NCBI RefSeq assembly: GCF_009914755.1
Contig: NC_060948.1
Source of the DNA: the human T2T-CHM13v2.0 reference genome, Homo sapiens
Strand: one strand, 5' to 3'
DNA length: 64,000 nucleotides
How positions within the stretch are numbered: the stretch's first letter is position 1; the number at the start of each line of letters is the position of its first letter. The position numbers were made by a program, and so were the translations under genes. Shown here piece by piece: positions 1 through 13,943 of this stretch. The notes below the pieces were generated by a model. It saw nothing but the letters and a program-made list of their open reading frames with translations. It made no database searches and was not told the DNA's origin.

Positions 1-92
1 TGAGTCATCCTGAAACTGTCCCCCTGCCCAGTCCATGGATAAGTTGTCTTCCACGAAACTAGTCCCTAGTGCTGAAAAGACTGGGGAGTGCT
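1..92 (+). mobile_element. MER1-type hAT-Charlie DNA transposon, 3' end fragment
   Basis: gtccatggataagttgtcttccacgaaactagtccctagtgctgaaaagactgggga resembles the MER1 terminus (ggtccatggaaaaattgtcttccacgaaaccggtccctggtgccaaaaaggttgggga). Confidence 0.7.
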
Positions 93-464
93 GCAATATA
101 GAAAGAAAAATTTAAAGAGAGGAAAACACAAAATCTATAACAGCTTTAATAATATATGCACTAATGCTGTACAGAATACACTAATTTCATTCATTTATTT
201 AAGTATCAACCAATACATACAGACCAGTACAAATGCCTGTAATTGTTTTAGGAGAACATTGAATGAAACAGCAAGAGAGAAAGATAGCAAATTAAAAATA
301 TACGTGTATGATTATCAGAGAAAGACCCCCATCTCTATAAACAAAAATCTACATGTGCACGTCAAGTTGTAATGAGTACTAAGAACAAAAAAGAAGAATG
401 AGAGAAGAAAGAGACAGATACATTAATTCATGTAGAATGATCAAGGAAGTTTGTCTGGGATTAC

Positions 465-600
465 AGTGGTTAACATTGCAGGTTTTAGAGTCAGACAGAT
501 GCCAGTTTTTATCCTGGCTCTGTGTCTCGTAGCTGGGTGTCCCATGGACAATTTATTCCACTTTTAAATCTCAGTTTTCAAATTTCTAATTTCTAAATGT
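465..600 (+). mobile_element. MIR SINE fragment
   Basis: ttagagtcagacagat...atcctggctctg...tagctgggtgt...tctcagtttt resembles the MIR core. Confidence 0.55.
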
Positions 601-1569
601 TTATTAGAAATAAAAGCACATGAACAAACTAAACATACATAAAGAATCAAGCACAGAAAACTGATGAGGGTGTATAATGAATCAAGAATAATGGTTATAA
701 AAATGGAGATAATAAATTTGTCAAACTTATTAGACAATTCTGAAGATTAGAAGATGAATATACATAAAGAATTTTGCATGTCATGTGGCATAACACTCAT
801 GGTAACTACAATTATTATCCTCATATTACTAAAGGAAAATATGTGTCGTTCTTGGGCATTAAAAAAGCTGTGGGCCGTACTTTTTCAAATTATGCAAACA
901 CATAAAGATTCATTTTTATGTTAAACAGTTCTTCCTTTAACATTTTTAAAAGAGATTTCTTGAAAGCATATGTCAAAAATCTCATGTAATGCTTTCTGCT
1001 TCTTAACCAAAGTTTAGAGAAACTTAACAATGAAACTTTTAAAATGTAGTTACATTACATAAACTATTTAAGGCAAGAATAAGCACAACAGCTTTAACTT
1101 CTTAAATATGCTTAAGCATTTCAACTAAAAAATTATTTCTTTCAAATTCACAGGAATCTGTTTAGAAAAATTTTAACTAGGAAAAGTTGGAATTCTAAAG
1201 TAAACAGTGCCTAAGGCCATAAAGTTTTTTATGGCTTTTAATTTCAATGTCAACGAGGGGGAAAAAAACATTCTCTGAAATTTGCTTTTATTCCATTAAA
1301 GACTTATTTTTTTATTACCAGCAATACAGAGTGACTCAGGTTGAATCTTGAAGGTAAACTGTAACTTAATTTTAAGTTTTGGCTAATTTTTAAGGATTTC
1401 TCAGTCACCTATCATGATTTCATCTCAGAAACCAAGATCTCAATTTCATATAGACATTTGGAATATTAAAATAGAAGGATAATGCTTCAAAATAATATTC
1501 ATGTAGAGGCTTGCATATGTGGACCAGGAATCTTCATGTATTACAAAGTTTATGAGAACATAACAAATG

Positions 1570-2773
1570 CTGATACACACATTTAAGTCTGAAACAAAAA
1601 TTTACAACAAACAAAATTGTAACAAATCAAGAAAATTCTGTGGGTTACACATTTTATGTCTAAAAATACAGGTATTAAACACTCAAGGATGGATAGAAGA
1701 ATAAATCACAAGAGAAAACAGAAAATATCTAGAGACAAATTAAAAATATGAAATACCAAAAGTTAAGACATACATCAAAAGCAGTAGCATAAGAGAAAAA
1801 TTTATAGTTATAAATGATTATAAAAAGTAAGATATCAAATCAACAACTTAACTATATAGCTAATGAACTAAAAACAGAGGGAAAAAGAGGGAACAACTAA
1901 AAGCTAGCAAAATAAAAAATGATAAAGATAGCAGTGGAAATAAGTGAAAGAGAATAGAAAAATATCAAAATACAACAAAACCAAGTTTGTTCTCTGAAAA
2001 AGTTCAACAAAACTGACAAACCTTTAACTAGATTGACTAAGAAAAAAAGAATACTCAAATTACAAAACTCAAAAATAAAATGGATTCATTACTACCAAAT
2101 TTTTGGAGTAAAAAAAGAATGTAGGAGGGTACCATAAGAAACTGTACACTTAAAAATTGAATAACATAAATAAAACGAACAAATTCCTAGAAACAAAAAA
2201 CCCACTAAGACTGAATATGAAAAGTTGAATAAACCTATTCAGAAAGGAGATTCCGCAAGAAGACTGCATCAGTAATCAAAAACCCAGCAACAAAGAAAAG
2301 CCTGGACCAGACGGCTTCACTGTTGAATTCTACCCAACATTTAATGCAGAATTAACACCAGTTTTTCTCAAGCTTTTTCAAAACGTTGAAGAGGAGGTAA
2401 CATTTTCTAACTTATTCTATGAGGCTAGAATTACCCTGACACCAAGCCAGAAAAAGACACTATAAGAAAACTACAAACATCCCTTACAAATGCTGATTCA
2501 AAAATCCTCAACAAAATACCAGCAATTGAAATTTATCAGTACATTAAAAGGATTACACACTATGAATGAGTATAGTTGACTCCTGAAATAAAATTATGTT
2601 CCAACACATGAAAATCAGTTTAATATCACATTAACATAAAGAAGGAAAAAACCCTCATGTGATCATTTTAATCAAATAAAAGAATTTGTCAAAATTTAAC
2701 CCACAATCATAAAAATATACTTAATAAGCTATAAAAATAAATAAAATATCGATGTAATGTTATATTAAAAAAT

Positions 2774-2813
<40 letters not shown>

Positions 2814-4860
2814 CTAACCTTATGGTGAAAGACTGACAGATTTTACTCTAAGAGCAAAAACAAGGATGCCTGTTTTCACTACTTCTATTTAATATAGTAC
2901 TGAAGATTCTAATTAGTTAAAACAAAAAGGCAAGTAAAAGAGTGAAAGATATTCCAATTTTTGAAAAAGTAAAATTATCTGTTCGCAGATGACATAATCT
3001 TATATGTTAAAAATCTTCTAGTTTCTGTGAGTTAAACTGTCAGATGCAGTAAATAAAATTCAGCAAAACTGCAGGATAGAAAATCAATACACACAAATTA
3101 GTTGTATTTCTGCAATAATAATAAACTATGTGAAGAAGAAATCAAGACAACAGTATAATTTATGATAGCATCAAAACAATAACATATTAGGAACAAACTT
3201 AACCAAGGAAATGAAAAACCTGTACAGCAAAAACTATAAACATTGCAGAAAAATATTAAAGATGATACAAATAAATGAAAAGACGTCATGTGTTTATTAT
3301 GGATTGGAAGACAAAACCTTGTCAAGATGCCATTGTTATCAATAGTCATCCATGAATTCAATAAAATCACTATAAAAATTCCAATATTTGCAAAAATAGA
3401 AAAACCTGTTCTAAAATTCAGATGAGATTTCAAAAAACCCCAAGTAGCCAAATCAATCTTAAAAACTAACAAAATTAGAGGACTAACACCTCCTGGTTTC
3501 AAACTTACTGCAACGCTTCAGTACCCAAGACAATGTTGTACCGGCATAGAGACAGACAGAAAGACCAATGCAATAGAAATAAAGAACCAAAACATATGGT
3601 CATGATTTTTAACAAGGTAGTCAAAACTATTCAATGGGAAAGGACAGTATTTTAAAAACGGTGTTAACAAATGAATATTTACATGAAAAACAACGAAGTT
3701 CAACCCTTACTTTACACCACATAAAAAACTTAATTTAAAATAGACCAAACATCTAATTGTAAGTGCTGAAACTATAAAACCCTTAGAAAAAAACATAGGA
3801 AAAGAGTTTCATAACATAGAATCTGGCAATAATTTCTTGGATATGTCAGTGAAAGCATAGACAACAACAAAAACAACAATACACAAAAATAACTTCATCA
3901 TAGTGAAAAGCTTTTGTGTATCTGAGATACAATCAATAGATTGAAAATACAATTCACGGAGGGGGAGAAAATATTCACACATTTATGTATTTCACAAGTA
4001 ATTAATATCCAGGCTATATAAAGACCTCAGAAACAACAACAAAACAATCAAATTTAAACATGAGCAAAGGTTTTAAAATACACATTTCTTTAAAGAAGAT
4101 ATACAAATGACCAGTAAGCACAGTATAAGGAGCCCAGCATCAGTAATCATGAGAAAAAAGTAAATCCAAACCACAATGTCATACCAACTGACACATGTAA
4201 GTATAGCTACCATCAAAAAAACCACCAGCAGCAAACTAAAACAAACAACAAAGCTCCAGAAAGCAGCAAATGCTGGATGTGGAGAAGTCAGGACTCCTGC
4301 ACTCTGCTGGTGGGAAAGTAAGATGGCACAGCCACTGTGGAAAACAGTAATCACTATGTGATCCAGTAATTCGACATCTGGGCCTATACCCCAGAAAACT
4401 GAAAGTGGGAATTTGAACACCCATGTTCGTAGCAGCATTCAGAATAGCCAAAGGGTAGAAAAAGCCCAAAGGTCCATCTACAGATGAATGGATAAGCAAA
4501 TGTGAGCCATACACACAATGACATATTATTCAGCATTAAAAAGAAAAGAAATTTTAATACATCCTACAACATAAACCTTGAAAAGATTAAAACAAAAAAT
4601 GCAAATACTCCATGCTTTTCACTTTTATAACAAACCTACAACGGTTAAATTCATAGACACAGGAAGTGGGATGTGGTTTCCAGGGGATAGGGGGAAGGGA
4701 AACGGGAGCTATTGTTCTGTGGATACAGTGTTTCACTTTGGGATGATAAAACAGATTTGAAAATGGATAGCGGTGATAGTTGCACAGCAATGTATTTGTA
4801 CCTAATGTACTTAAATTTTCTATTACACATATTTTACCACAGTAAAAAATTAGCAAATAT
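1570..4860 (+). mobile_element. Old, degenerate L1 (L1MB-like): ORF2 remnants and 3' UTR
   Basis: A-rich L1 ORF2 motifs (cctggaccagacggcttcactgttgaattctacc; ttatctgttcgcagatgacata = LFADD RT motif; aagaagatatacaaatg) and an L1M-type 3' end (tttgggatgataaaa...ggtgatagttgcacagcaatg); many stops and frameshifts. Confidence 0.85.
2775..2812. repeat. (CA)n microsatellite
   Basis: Perfect CA run inside the L1. Confidence 0.95.
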
Positions 4861-7037
4861 TTAAAAATCTATGTGTTGCTTTGAACTGTTTCTTTACATC
4901 CCTTGTCCATTTTTCAATTTGACTGCTAGTCTTTTAATAATTTAGGATATATATATATTACGTAAATTAGCTTTTTGTCTGTCACGTATGTTGCAGATCT
5001 ATTTCCACAGTCTATGAGTCATTTGAAGTATTTTTCTCTCATAGAAAGTTTGAATTTTTATGGAGTCAACTGCATCAGTCTTCTATTCAAAGACTTATTT
5101 ATGGGTATAGTCTTTCAGTTTAGGACGATAAAGAAGTTGTAGATACGGATTAAGGAGATGGTTTTACAACACTGTGAATATACTGAACTGTGCATTTAAA
5201 CATGGAAAAAATAGTAAGTTTTATGTTATATATATTTTACCACCAAAAAAGGGTCAGGCTTAGATGTTTATAGGTTAGGGGTTTGTTGTACCTTTAACAT
5301 TTATTCCCCTCCAGGGCTTTACTTTATAAAACACCCACACAAGAAAAGTAGATACTGACTTCACAAATCTCATTACAAGTCCCACAGCAGAGGCTGCCTT
5401 GGAAAACAGAGGTGGAAAAAGTCACAGAAACTTGAGGTCAATGTGAGACCTCCCATCCCCTACTCAGAAATCAGATGAGGGAATGCATGCATGCAGGCTG
5501 AGCTGGATAGATGAGATGGGGTGGGCAGAACAGTCCTCCAATCAGCCTAGACCTTAAGTGCTCTCACGTGCTCTCAGGCATGTATCAAACCAAGAAAGCA
5601 GGCTAGGAGGATAACACATCTACCTTTATACAGGGAGCTATGAAATATCTGAGATGAGCAAGTGATTCACAAGGAGACAGAAGCAGTATGACCTTTACCC
5701 TGTGACCCGGTTCAATTATTTCAGGCTCTCATTAACCAGGCGAGCTCCTCTTTCTCTCAGAGGTAGGTAAACTTGAGGGGGTAAAGTAGGATTTGGGATT
5801 TGGGGATAATGGAAAAGAAAGCCTGGTAATATTTCTTCTATCTCTGTTTTAAATAAAAAGTAAAACATAAATGCCCTTTCTCAGGGCCCAAATGTTAGGC
5901 AAAAACAATGTTTGTCATCTCAGTACACACATGGTCATTTATTCTTTCCCTCTGCATGTTGTGCGCTTTTTCAGTTTATAATGTCCCTGATCCACTTGTC
6001 TCATACTAGCTGCAAACAAGGAAACTGAATGTCACACCAGGTGGCCAGCATTTCTGTGAAGGGCAGAAACCGGGGCAGCCAAACAGCTGGCAGAGGCCAG
6101 CTAGTAAGTACCTGATGCCCACTCCGTAGAGGACTCCACACTTAAAAGACCAAATAAGCAAGTGTCAGGCTGACTCACTTGTTATCCCCCCAAATAAAAA
6201 AATAAAAGTAACCCCTCCAGGGAAAGTGTGTGTGTACATGCCAAAGTACATGCACACAGTTACATGCAAAGGGGAAAGTCTGGGAAGGAAGAAAACCCAC
6301 CCCTGAACACAAGTTACTTGTGGGGAAGGGGCAGGTGAAGCCAACTGTCAGCATTTCTTACCTTTTCAACAGATGAGCTTGCATGAATTTTGGTAATTTC
6401 TCATAAAAAGGCAATTTTCACTCCTTGGGTGATCACCCAGGTCTTTCAAAACTGAGCCACCAACAACCACCTGTACCACTTGACAGGAAGCCAAATAATG
6501 GCTTCCATCAAAGCTCAGCCCTCCCACCCACCTCCCAGTCCTGTCCCATGCAGGGGGGTACTGGACTGCTGGGGTCCAAGGGTCCAGGCCAAACCCAACC
6601 CACAGATTGTTGGTGAAACCAGCATTCATCCAAGGGCCTTTCCGCAACTTGGGCCATGTGCTCACTGCATAAGTATGCCTGTGCTTGTTCCCCTAGGACA
6701 AAGACTCCCTTTTCTTACAGCTGGAATGAGGGGTGGGGAGATTTCATGGTGTCCTGTACAGGTTGGATGTTAATCTGATGTGGTGCTCTTGGAGAAGCTT
6801 GCCTGAGTCAGGTGCTTTCTCATCCTGTGGTGTGTGCTTCCCCTTCAAGCTGCAGAAGTCCCTGAAGGTAAGTGCTAATGCAACCCCCATCTACTGGTGA
6901 GCAGAGGTCAGGTGATCTGCAGCCGTCCAAGCAGCTGCTAAGTGACCAACAGGCTGGATCTGCATCTCACTTGCAGAGGCCCTGCGTGGCTGCTGTGGCT
7001 GCCCTGAGACTCGTTCTGCCTCCTCTTCCCTCCACAG

Positions 7038-9185
7038 CTCTCCCAGCTTCTACCCACAGCTGTGCTCCAGGTGAGAAACACTTATGGATGCACCAGGGTG
7101 TAACTACTCAGACTTCTGCATGCAGAAGGGCCCCTGATCCATGCTGTTTCCATATCCAAGCCCAAACTTGTCTAGAGCTTCAGCAAATCCAAGCCCTCTG
7201 AATTCCCTGCAAGACCAAACTGAGCCCTACAACCGCCACTACACTGATTAGCTGCCAGCCCCTGCTCCCTCCTGGGCCCCTGTCTATAGTGTTCTGAAGT
7301 CCTACAAGAATGTTGAGTTCCTAAGCCAACTCTCACCCAAACAGGTAAACAACCAGGGGCCTCCAGGGGTAGAGAACCTAGCCAGACAGGTTCTGCTGCC
7401 TGTAGACTTGATGTCCTTCCCCCACAACATGCCATGCTTGCCAGGCTGGAAGGGGGTCTCCAGATACTTGGGAAATCTGGGCCTGTAGCTGGCATATGGA
7501 GAAGAGGCCTGGAAAAGCACTACTCCTGTCCATGAAGCCCCCAGATGGAACCAGGTAATTGGGAAATACATGGGTACCAAGCCTAATCCACATTCAGACC
7601 CGATGGGAACTGCAGCAGGGACTCGCCCTCTGTGCAACTCTGGGTGTACCACTTCAGAAGGACCATCTGATCCCATGTGTCATTGGAGATACTACATGTG
7701 GGCAGGTTCCAGTGGTTGCTTCAGCTGAACCTTCCCAACCAGGTCCACACAAAAACATTTCATATGGGGGCACACCTGGGTGGGCAAGCACACCCCTCAG
7801 AGAGTGAGAGCCACTGAGGAGGGCTGTCACAGAGGCCCCTTTTCCTGCTCTGAGAACAGGTTAAGGGAGTATGGGGGACCTCTGCCACCTCCTAGCTGCT
7901 TCCAGGAGCCACTTCTTTCAAGATGAGGCACTCTCCTGCTTGCCTGTTGCCATTTGGCTGCAAAAGGCCATTGCCAACATTCAATGAAGAAAAAGAAAGG
8001 GGCCTCACCTGTTTTCCCTGACACACCTGAGGCAGGTGGGTATGCCCAGGGTTCCTGCGGTAGAACCTGTACATCTGCCGACCCCCAGGCTATGCTGGCT
8101 TCATTTTATCTGTGTGATGAGGGTGGGGTGGGAATTACCAAGAGGTAATTACACAGGCCACCGACAAATTCTACAAGAGCTAGGTAGAAAAGCACTGTCT
8201 TGTCAGGCTGCCCAGCACCCAGCTCACACACACACATCTCTTGACAGCTTCCCCAAAGCAGGCTTTGAAGTCCAGGCTCCCCAGGAAGCCTGGGGTGGAG
8301 ACTCTGCCAGGCTAAAGGACCTATCCCCAAAGGTGACACCCTCACCAGTCTCATCCTGACAATCTTGGATTATTTTTGCCCTGAAGTTTTGAAGTGGGAG
8401 ACAGAGAGACAGCAGACAGTGTGTATTAACCACCTTTCCAGAGAGCATCAGCCCTCCAGACTGGGGCAGGTAAGACCTCCACTTGTGTGTTTTTCTCACT
8501 GATTGCCAGATGGGGGAAACAGCACTTGTGAGCATCTGCCTGTCTCCCCAGGTCCTGTTCAGAAACCCCATCTTTGCCTTTGGAGAGACTGCCCCGAGCA
8601 CACAGGCCCAGCAACCACCATCTATGGCCCCCAGGACCTAATAACCTTCTACATAGGGTTCAGTGCATGTGAGCAGACACTGGACTTGATTCCTGCCCAA
8701 CAGTCCCTGCCAGATACCCCATGCCCACCTCATTAAGAGAATGAAGACACACGTTCACACCCAGTCCATCATGGTGATAGAGTGGCTGGGGTCCTACTTT
8801 GCCACCCTTCAATGCTGGTTCATAATCAGCTGTCTGACCACGTTCCTACCCTGAGGTAGGACTTTGGGACATTGTCCACCAGGGTCACTGACCACTTTTA
8901 AAGTTCCAGAAACAGAGGGCCAGCTATTCCCCTGGAAGTTTGCTACATGGGATAAGCCAAGGCTTGCCTTCAGGAACAGGTTTCCCATCACATAGCTGCC
9001 CAAGTCCCAGGGCATCCATACGTTCATGTGAATACTACTTGCCACATCCACAGCCCATGCCAACCCCTCCTGGAGCCAGCCGAATGCTTGTTACTGGGCA
9101 TGTGATAAGCCCAGACAGCTTCAGCCTTGCAGGACAACTAAGGGCATCTAGCAGCAGTAGCCAGAGAGCCTAAAGAAAGAAGTTA
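7038..9185 (+). pseudogene. Unprocessed FAM166A (CIMIP2A)-like pseudogene; exon remnants ~7038-7246, 7290-7554, 7644-7762, 8089-8183, 8552-8668, 9125-9185
   Basis: Manual translations match FAM166A segments as I recall them: FYPQL..QVRNTYG, SKPK, TEPYNRHYT, QGPPGVENLARQVLLP, AYGEEAWKSTTPVHEAPRWNQ|gt, ag|GYAGFI...NYQEVITQATDKFYKS*|gt, ag|VLFRNP...IYGPQDLITFYIGF|gt, ag|LQDN*. AG/GT intron boundaries are mostly kept; several stops and frameshifts. Exon 1 was not located. Confidence 0.85.
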
Positions 9186-9368
9186 GAGGTGAAACCAGAT
9201 GTTATGAGAGTACTTTAGTAGGCAAAATCGCATACTATAAAAATGCTTTAAAATACATCAGGAGAAGATGAGAAGACACAAATGAACAATTGCGTAGTGA
9301 CACAGGGCTGTCAGAACACAAAAAAGAATCCACATAGTTTCCATCCTTTCCCCAAGAAAAGGAAAGCT

Positions 9369-11574
9369 CTAGGCCACCTCCTCCTCAGCACACTCCTCAA
9401 ACTCCTCCTCCTCAGCCTTGGCATCCTGGTACTGCTAATTTTCAGACACCAGGTCATTCATGTTGCTCTCAGCCTCAGTGAACTCCATCTCATCCAAGCC
9501 CTCGCCCGTGTACCAGTGGAGGAAGACCTTGCACTTGAACATTGCTGTAATCTCTTCTGAGACATGCTTGAAGATTTCCTGGATAACAATGCTGTTGCCC
9601 ATGAAGGTGGCCAACATTTTTAGCCCCTGGGGTGGGATGTGACAGATGGCTGTTTTTACGTTGTGGGGGAGCCAGTCAGCAAAGTAGCTGCTGTTTTATT
9701 TTGAATGTTGAACATTTGTCCATCCACCTCCCTCATGGGCATGCAACCCCTGAAAATGGCAGCCACCATTAGGTAGCAGCCATGACAGGGGCAGCCATCA
9801 TATTCTTAGCATAAAACATCTGCTGAGTAAGCTCAGCCACAGTCAGGGCCTGGTAATGCTGGCTGCCCCGGCTGGTCAGTGGGGCAAAGCCAGGCATGAA
9901 GAAATGCAGCCTGGGAAATGGGACCATGTTCACAGACAGCTTCTGTAGGTCAGCATTCAGCTGACCTGGGAAGCCCAGGCACATGGTGACCCCACTCATG
10001 GTAGCAGATAACAGGTGGTTCATGTCACCATAGGTAGGTGTGGGCAGTTTTAGGGTTCTGGAATAGATGTCATATAGAGCTTCATTATCTATGCAAAAGG
10101 TCTTATCTGCATTTTCTATGAGTTTCTATGGTGGACTGACAGGGTGGCATTGTAGAGTTCCACCATGGTGTCTGACACCTTGGGCGAGGACAGGATGCTG
10201 AATGTGTTTATGATCCTGTCTGAATACTCCTCCCAGATCTTACTAACGAGAAGGGTACCCATCCCAGATGCAGTTCCCCTACCCAGGGAGTGGGTCAGCT
10301 GGAAACCCTGCAGGCATTCACAGCTCTCACACTGCTTTCAGACAATGTCCATCGCTGACTCCATCAGCTCCGCACCTTCTGTATAGTGCCCCTTGGCCTT
10401 GTTTCAAGCCCCACACTGACCTGTATGACAGTACAGTCAGTCACTTGAGTGCCAGGTGTATGGTCATCAGTGGTCACCACCACAATGCAAAATGGACCAA
10501 GTGTCACATGTGAGGTGAAAGCACCATTCATCCTTCAGGTGGAGCAAATGAAACCCCGTACCGCAGAGTTACAGGACAGCAGCCTCCCCTTTTAGAAATT
10601 AAGTCAGGACTCAAAACTCAGACATGCTAAGAGACCTCGCTGTAGGTGGCTCCTACCTATTTTCAGGGAAGAGAGTAGCCACGGCCCCAGCTCAGCTCCC
10701 TGCAGGGAGTTTATAACACTAGCTCCTCACCTTGAGGAGACGCCTGGGGCTTCCTCCCGAAGCCCATTTAGGAGAGGCAGATTGAGCCATTGGGAGAATA
10801 GGAGGATGTTCAGGGGCCCTGGCTGCACAATTCCCACAGCTATGACCTTCAGGAACTACTAGATGAGCTGCTCCGGCTAAGGAGCCGCACCGCAGTCCTC
10901 ACTCGCAGCTCACCAAAGATGAGGTTGTCGGCCTGAAGATGAGCCCGAAGGGCCCCGAGCGCAGAGAGTCCATGGTGACCGGCTCCAGGTCCACGAGCAC
11001 AGCGCAGGGCACGTACCAGCCACCTGAGTGGGACAGGAGGGTATTAGCGAGGGGGAGGGCCGCCGTTCCCAGGATGGCGATCGGAGAAGGTCTGGGTTCT
11101 CACCGCTGGCCTCGTTGTAGTACACGTTGATGCGCTACAGCTGCAGGTTGCTCTCCCCGTGGTAGGTGCCAGCGGAGTCAATGGGATGTTCATCAGAGAT
11201 CACCCCCCAGAACTACAAGAGATTGGGTGGGGTCAGACAGACCAGGGCTGAGTCACGGAGGCCAGGGAGCTGGAGGCGCCCCAGCCCCTCTCCTAGCTCC
11301 TCTACCACCCCCACCCTCATCCGCAACCACATCCCTAGGCTGCCGTGTCCCTGGGGTCCACCCCTGCCGACTAGTCAGCCTCCCAGTTCCACTGCGTCCC
11401 CGGCAGGGAGCCCAGGGGCTGCAATTCAGGGGCACCGCCCAAGCCACTGCCACTGCCAACATCTTCCCTGGCCACCCAGTAGGCCGGAGCTGGGACCTCA
11501 GAGCCCCGGATGCCAACCTTGGCACCGATCTTCTTCCCGCACTGCCGGGTCTGCGTGAGCGCAATCTCCCTCAT
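9369..11574 (-). pseudogene. Unprocessed beta-tubulin pseudogene of the TUBB8/TUBB4Q family; exons 11574-11518, 11212-11104, 11023-10914, 10420-9369
   Basis: Exon 1 MREIALTQTRQCGKKIGAK (57 nt; LTQ is TUBB8-like). Exon 2 (109 nt) [35 protein letters not shown] has a premature TAG at 11137-11135. Exon 3 is 110 nt (1-nt deletion). Exon 4 has a TGA and frameshifts, contains [24 protein letters not shown] and ends EECAEEEVA*. Canonical GT-AG introns. Confidence 0.95.
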
Positions 11575-11654
11575 GGCCAAGGCGGGATTAGGGCGGCAGG
11601 AGAAATGCGAGAAGGAAGAGCAGATGTGCAGCGACCCAGCCCGCCCTCTGCCAA

Positions 11655-11698
11655 CATTTAAATAGACCCTCGCCCGCCTCCCTCAACCTCGGATTGGG
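11655..11698 (-). promoter_or_regulatory. Proximal promoter remnant of the tubulin pseudogene (TATA-like TATTTAAA, GC box, CCAAT)
   Basis: Minus strand reads cccaatcc...gaggcgggcgagggtctatttaaatg about 85-125 bp upstream of the ATG. Confidence 0.6.
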
Positions 11699-13269
11699 CT
11701 CCCAGAATAAGCAACAGCTTTACTTCCACACAGGTGTACCCACCTGTGAGTCCCTTGGAGCTGAACGTCTGCTGGGGAGCTCAGGTGGCCTTGCTGTGGT
11801 CCTTTCCACGTTGGGGAAAGCTGGTCAGCTGGAGAACTTCCTCCCTCGTCTTTACTAAGATTAAATCCCTAGCTGACATGAAACTGAATTTTCCTCCCAT
11901 GTGGGAGGGGAAGCCTCTTATTTCGGTATTCACAGAGTGCCTTGCACCTATCCTAGACTGATGACATATTTTTGTACTTGATGAGTCTTTTCATCTATTG
12001 GGAGATCTGTGGTAGGAAAGGCCTTCCATATGTAAACACAACAAGACTTAATGGTAAGTTTTACTTTGGAGCAGTTCAAACCCTCAGTAAGTTATGGGTG
12101 TTAGAGATATTAGGCATTTGATTTAGCATGAGTCTTCTTTAGAGTAGGATTAGCCCTTTCACCTTTCCAGAGGACTGCGGTCTTTACGCAGAGTGAAAGT
12201 AATACTGGATTCCTAAAGCTGAGGATAGGTGTTGGGATACACTGAAAATGGACCATTGTCACTTTGCAGGCTTTTAGATTACTCAGACTGATAAGTTATT
12301 TCTTCTGGCAACGATCTAACCAGTGAAGGTATCAGTAAGAGTTAGCAAATATTTGAATCTCCTGCAGAAAGACATCTGAGTAAATTAGAGTTGCCAGTTC
12401 TCACCTGGATAGATTCATCAATATTGGACACGTTTAACTGGAGAAGGAGAAAATTGCTGGCCTTTGGGACATGTCAGGCGCAGAGCTCACAGGGGTGAGC
12501 CACCTGTTTTATTGTCTTGAAAAGATTTACCCCTATAAACAAATGAGATATTAACAGAAACAAAGAATCTCTTCTAGGATGAAAATAATCATAAAGTGCT
12601 GAATTATATTCCTATGATTGGTACTTGGCATTAGTAATTTATTACCATCGTTCAGCGGGCCAGAGGGGTCCTGGACTGAACTGCAATCCCTGGCCCAATT
12701 TTGTACTTCTTCAGAGTATTCTGACCCTATGTTCTGTGAATGCTAATCAGCACACCCATAGCTTAATTGGCCTTTTCAGTCCAGGGGCCTTGACTGCAGC
12801 ATCTACCAGGGCATTTCCTTTTACATGGTCCGTCTCTGTTTTGATGACCTCTGCAATTAATTATAGTCAGTTTTGGCAGCAAAACAGCATTCTAAGAAGC
12901 TAAAAATCTGAATGATGTTCTATGGAAAAGCCCTTGGGAGCCAGGGGTAGTTACCCATTCCAAATTGCAGCGTAAGAATGAAGCACTAAAAAATCATAGT
13001 TGGAATCAGTGTAAGTGTTAACGTTTAAATGCTTTACCAACTGCAGGGGCCTAGTAAGTTCAATTAACTCAGCTTTCTGAGCTGAGGTAGAGGCCAGCAA
13101 TGCTTGTGCCTTGATTCTCTTGTGCTAATAAGTATATCTAGCTCTTCTGTTTTCCCTGATGCAAAAAAGAACTTGCGTCTGTTAACCACTCTTCCTTGGG
13201 ATGGTCAAGGGGCAAGGGGCTCATCTCTTGTAAGTCTGGCCTCCTAGAATAAATTTGTTTTATAACCTG

Positions 13270-13436
13270 TGACATGATTTTGCTGTGTCCCCAGTCAAAT
13301 CTTATCTTGAATTGTAGCTCCCATAATTCCCATATATCATGGCAGTGACCCAGGGGGAGGTAATTGAATTGGGGGATGAGTCTTTCCCATGCTGTTCTCG
13401 TGACAGTGAATAAGCCTCATGAGATCTAATGGTTTG

Positions 13437-13467
<31 letters not shown>

Positions 13468-13943
13468 TTATTTTTGAGACATAGTCTTTCTCTGCTGCCC
13501 AGGCTAGAACGCAATAGCATGATCTCAGCTCCCTGCAACTTCTGACTTCCAAGTTCCAGCTATTCTCCTGTCTCAGCCTCCTGAGTAGCTGAGATTACAG
13601 GTGCCCACCACCATGCCTGGCTAATTTTTGTAGTTTTAGTACAGATGGGATTTCACCATGTTTGCCAGGCTGGTCTCAAACTCCTGACCTCAGGTGATCC
13701 ACCACCTTGGCCTCCCAAAATGATGGGATTACAGCTGGTGGCTTTATAAAAGGGAGTTTCCCTACACAATCTCTTTTGCCTGCTGCCATGTAAGAGATGT
13801 GACTTTGCTCCTCATTTGCCTTCTGCCGTGAGTGTGAGGCCTCCACAATCATGTAGAACTGTGAGTCAATTAAACCTCTTTTCTTTATAAATTACCCAGC
13901 CTCAGATATGTGTTTATTAGTAGCATGAGAATAGACTGATACA
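13270..13943 (+). mobile_element. THE1/MST-type MaLR solo LTR inserted in the ERV pol
   Basis: Starts tgacatgattttgctgtgtcccc, ends gactgataca; perfect 5-bp TSD acctg at 13265-13269 and 13944-13948. Confidence 0.9.
13436..13733 (-). mobile_element. Alu (AluS-like) nested in the MaLR LTR
   Basis: (TTTA)n tail, tttttgagac...ctcctgacctcaggtgatcc...gggattacag. Confidence 0.9.

Noticed and set aside
9369-11574. Functional TUBB8 gene
   Set aside because: Premature TAG in exon 2, frameshift in exon 3, and a TGA plus indels in exon 4.
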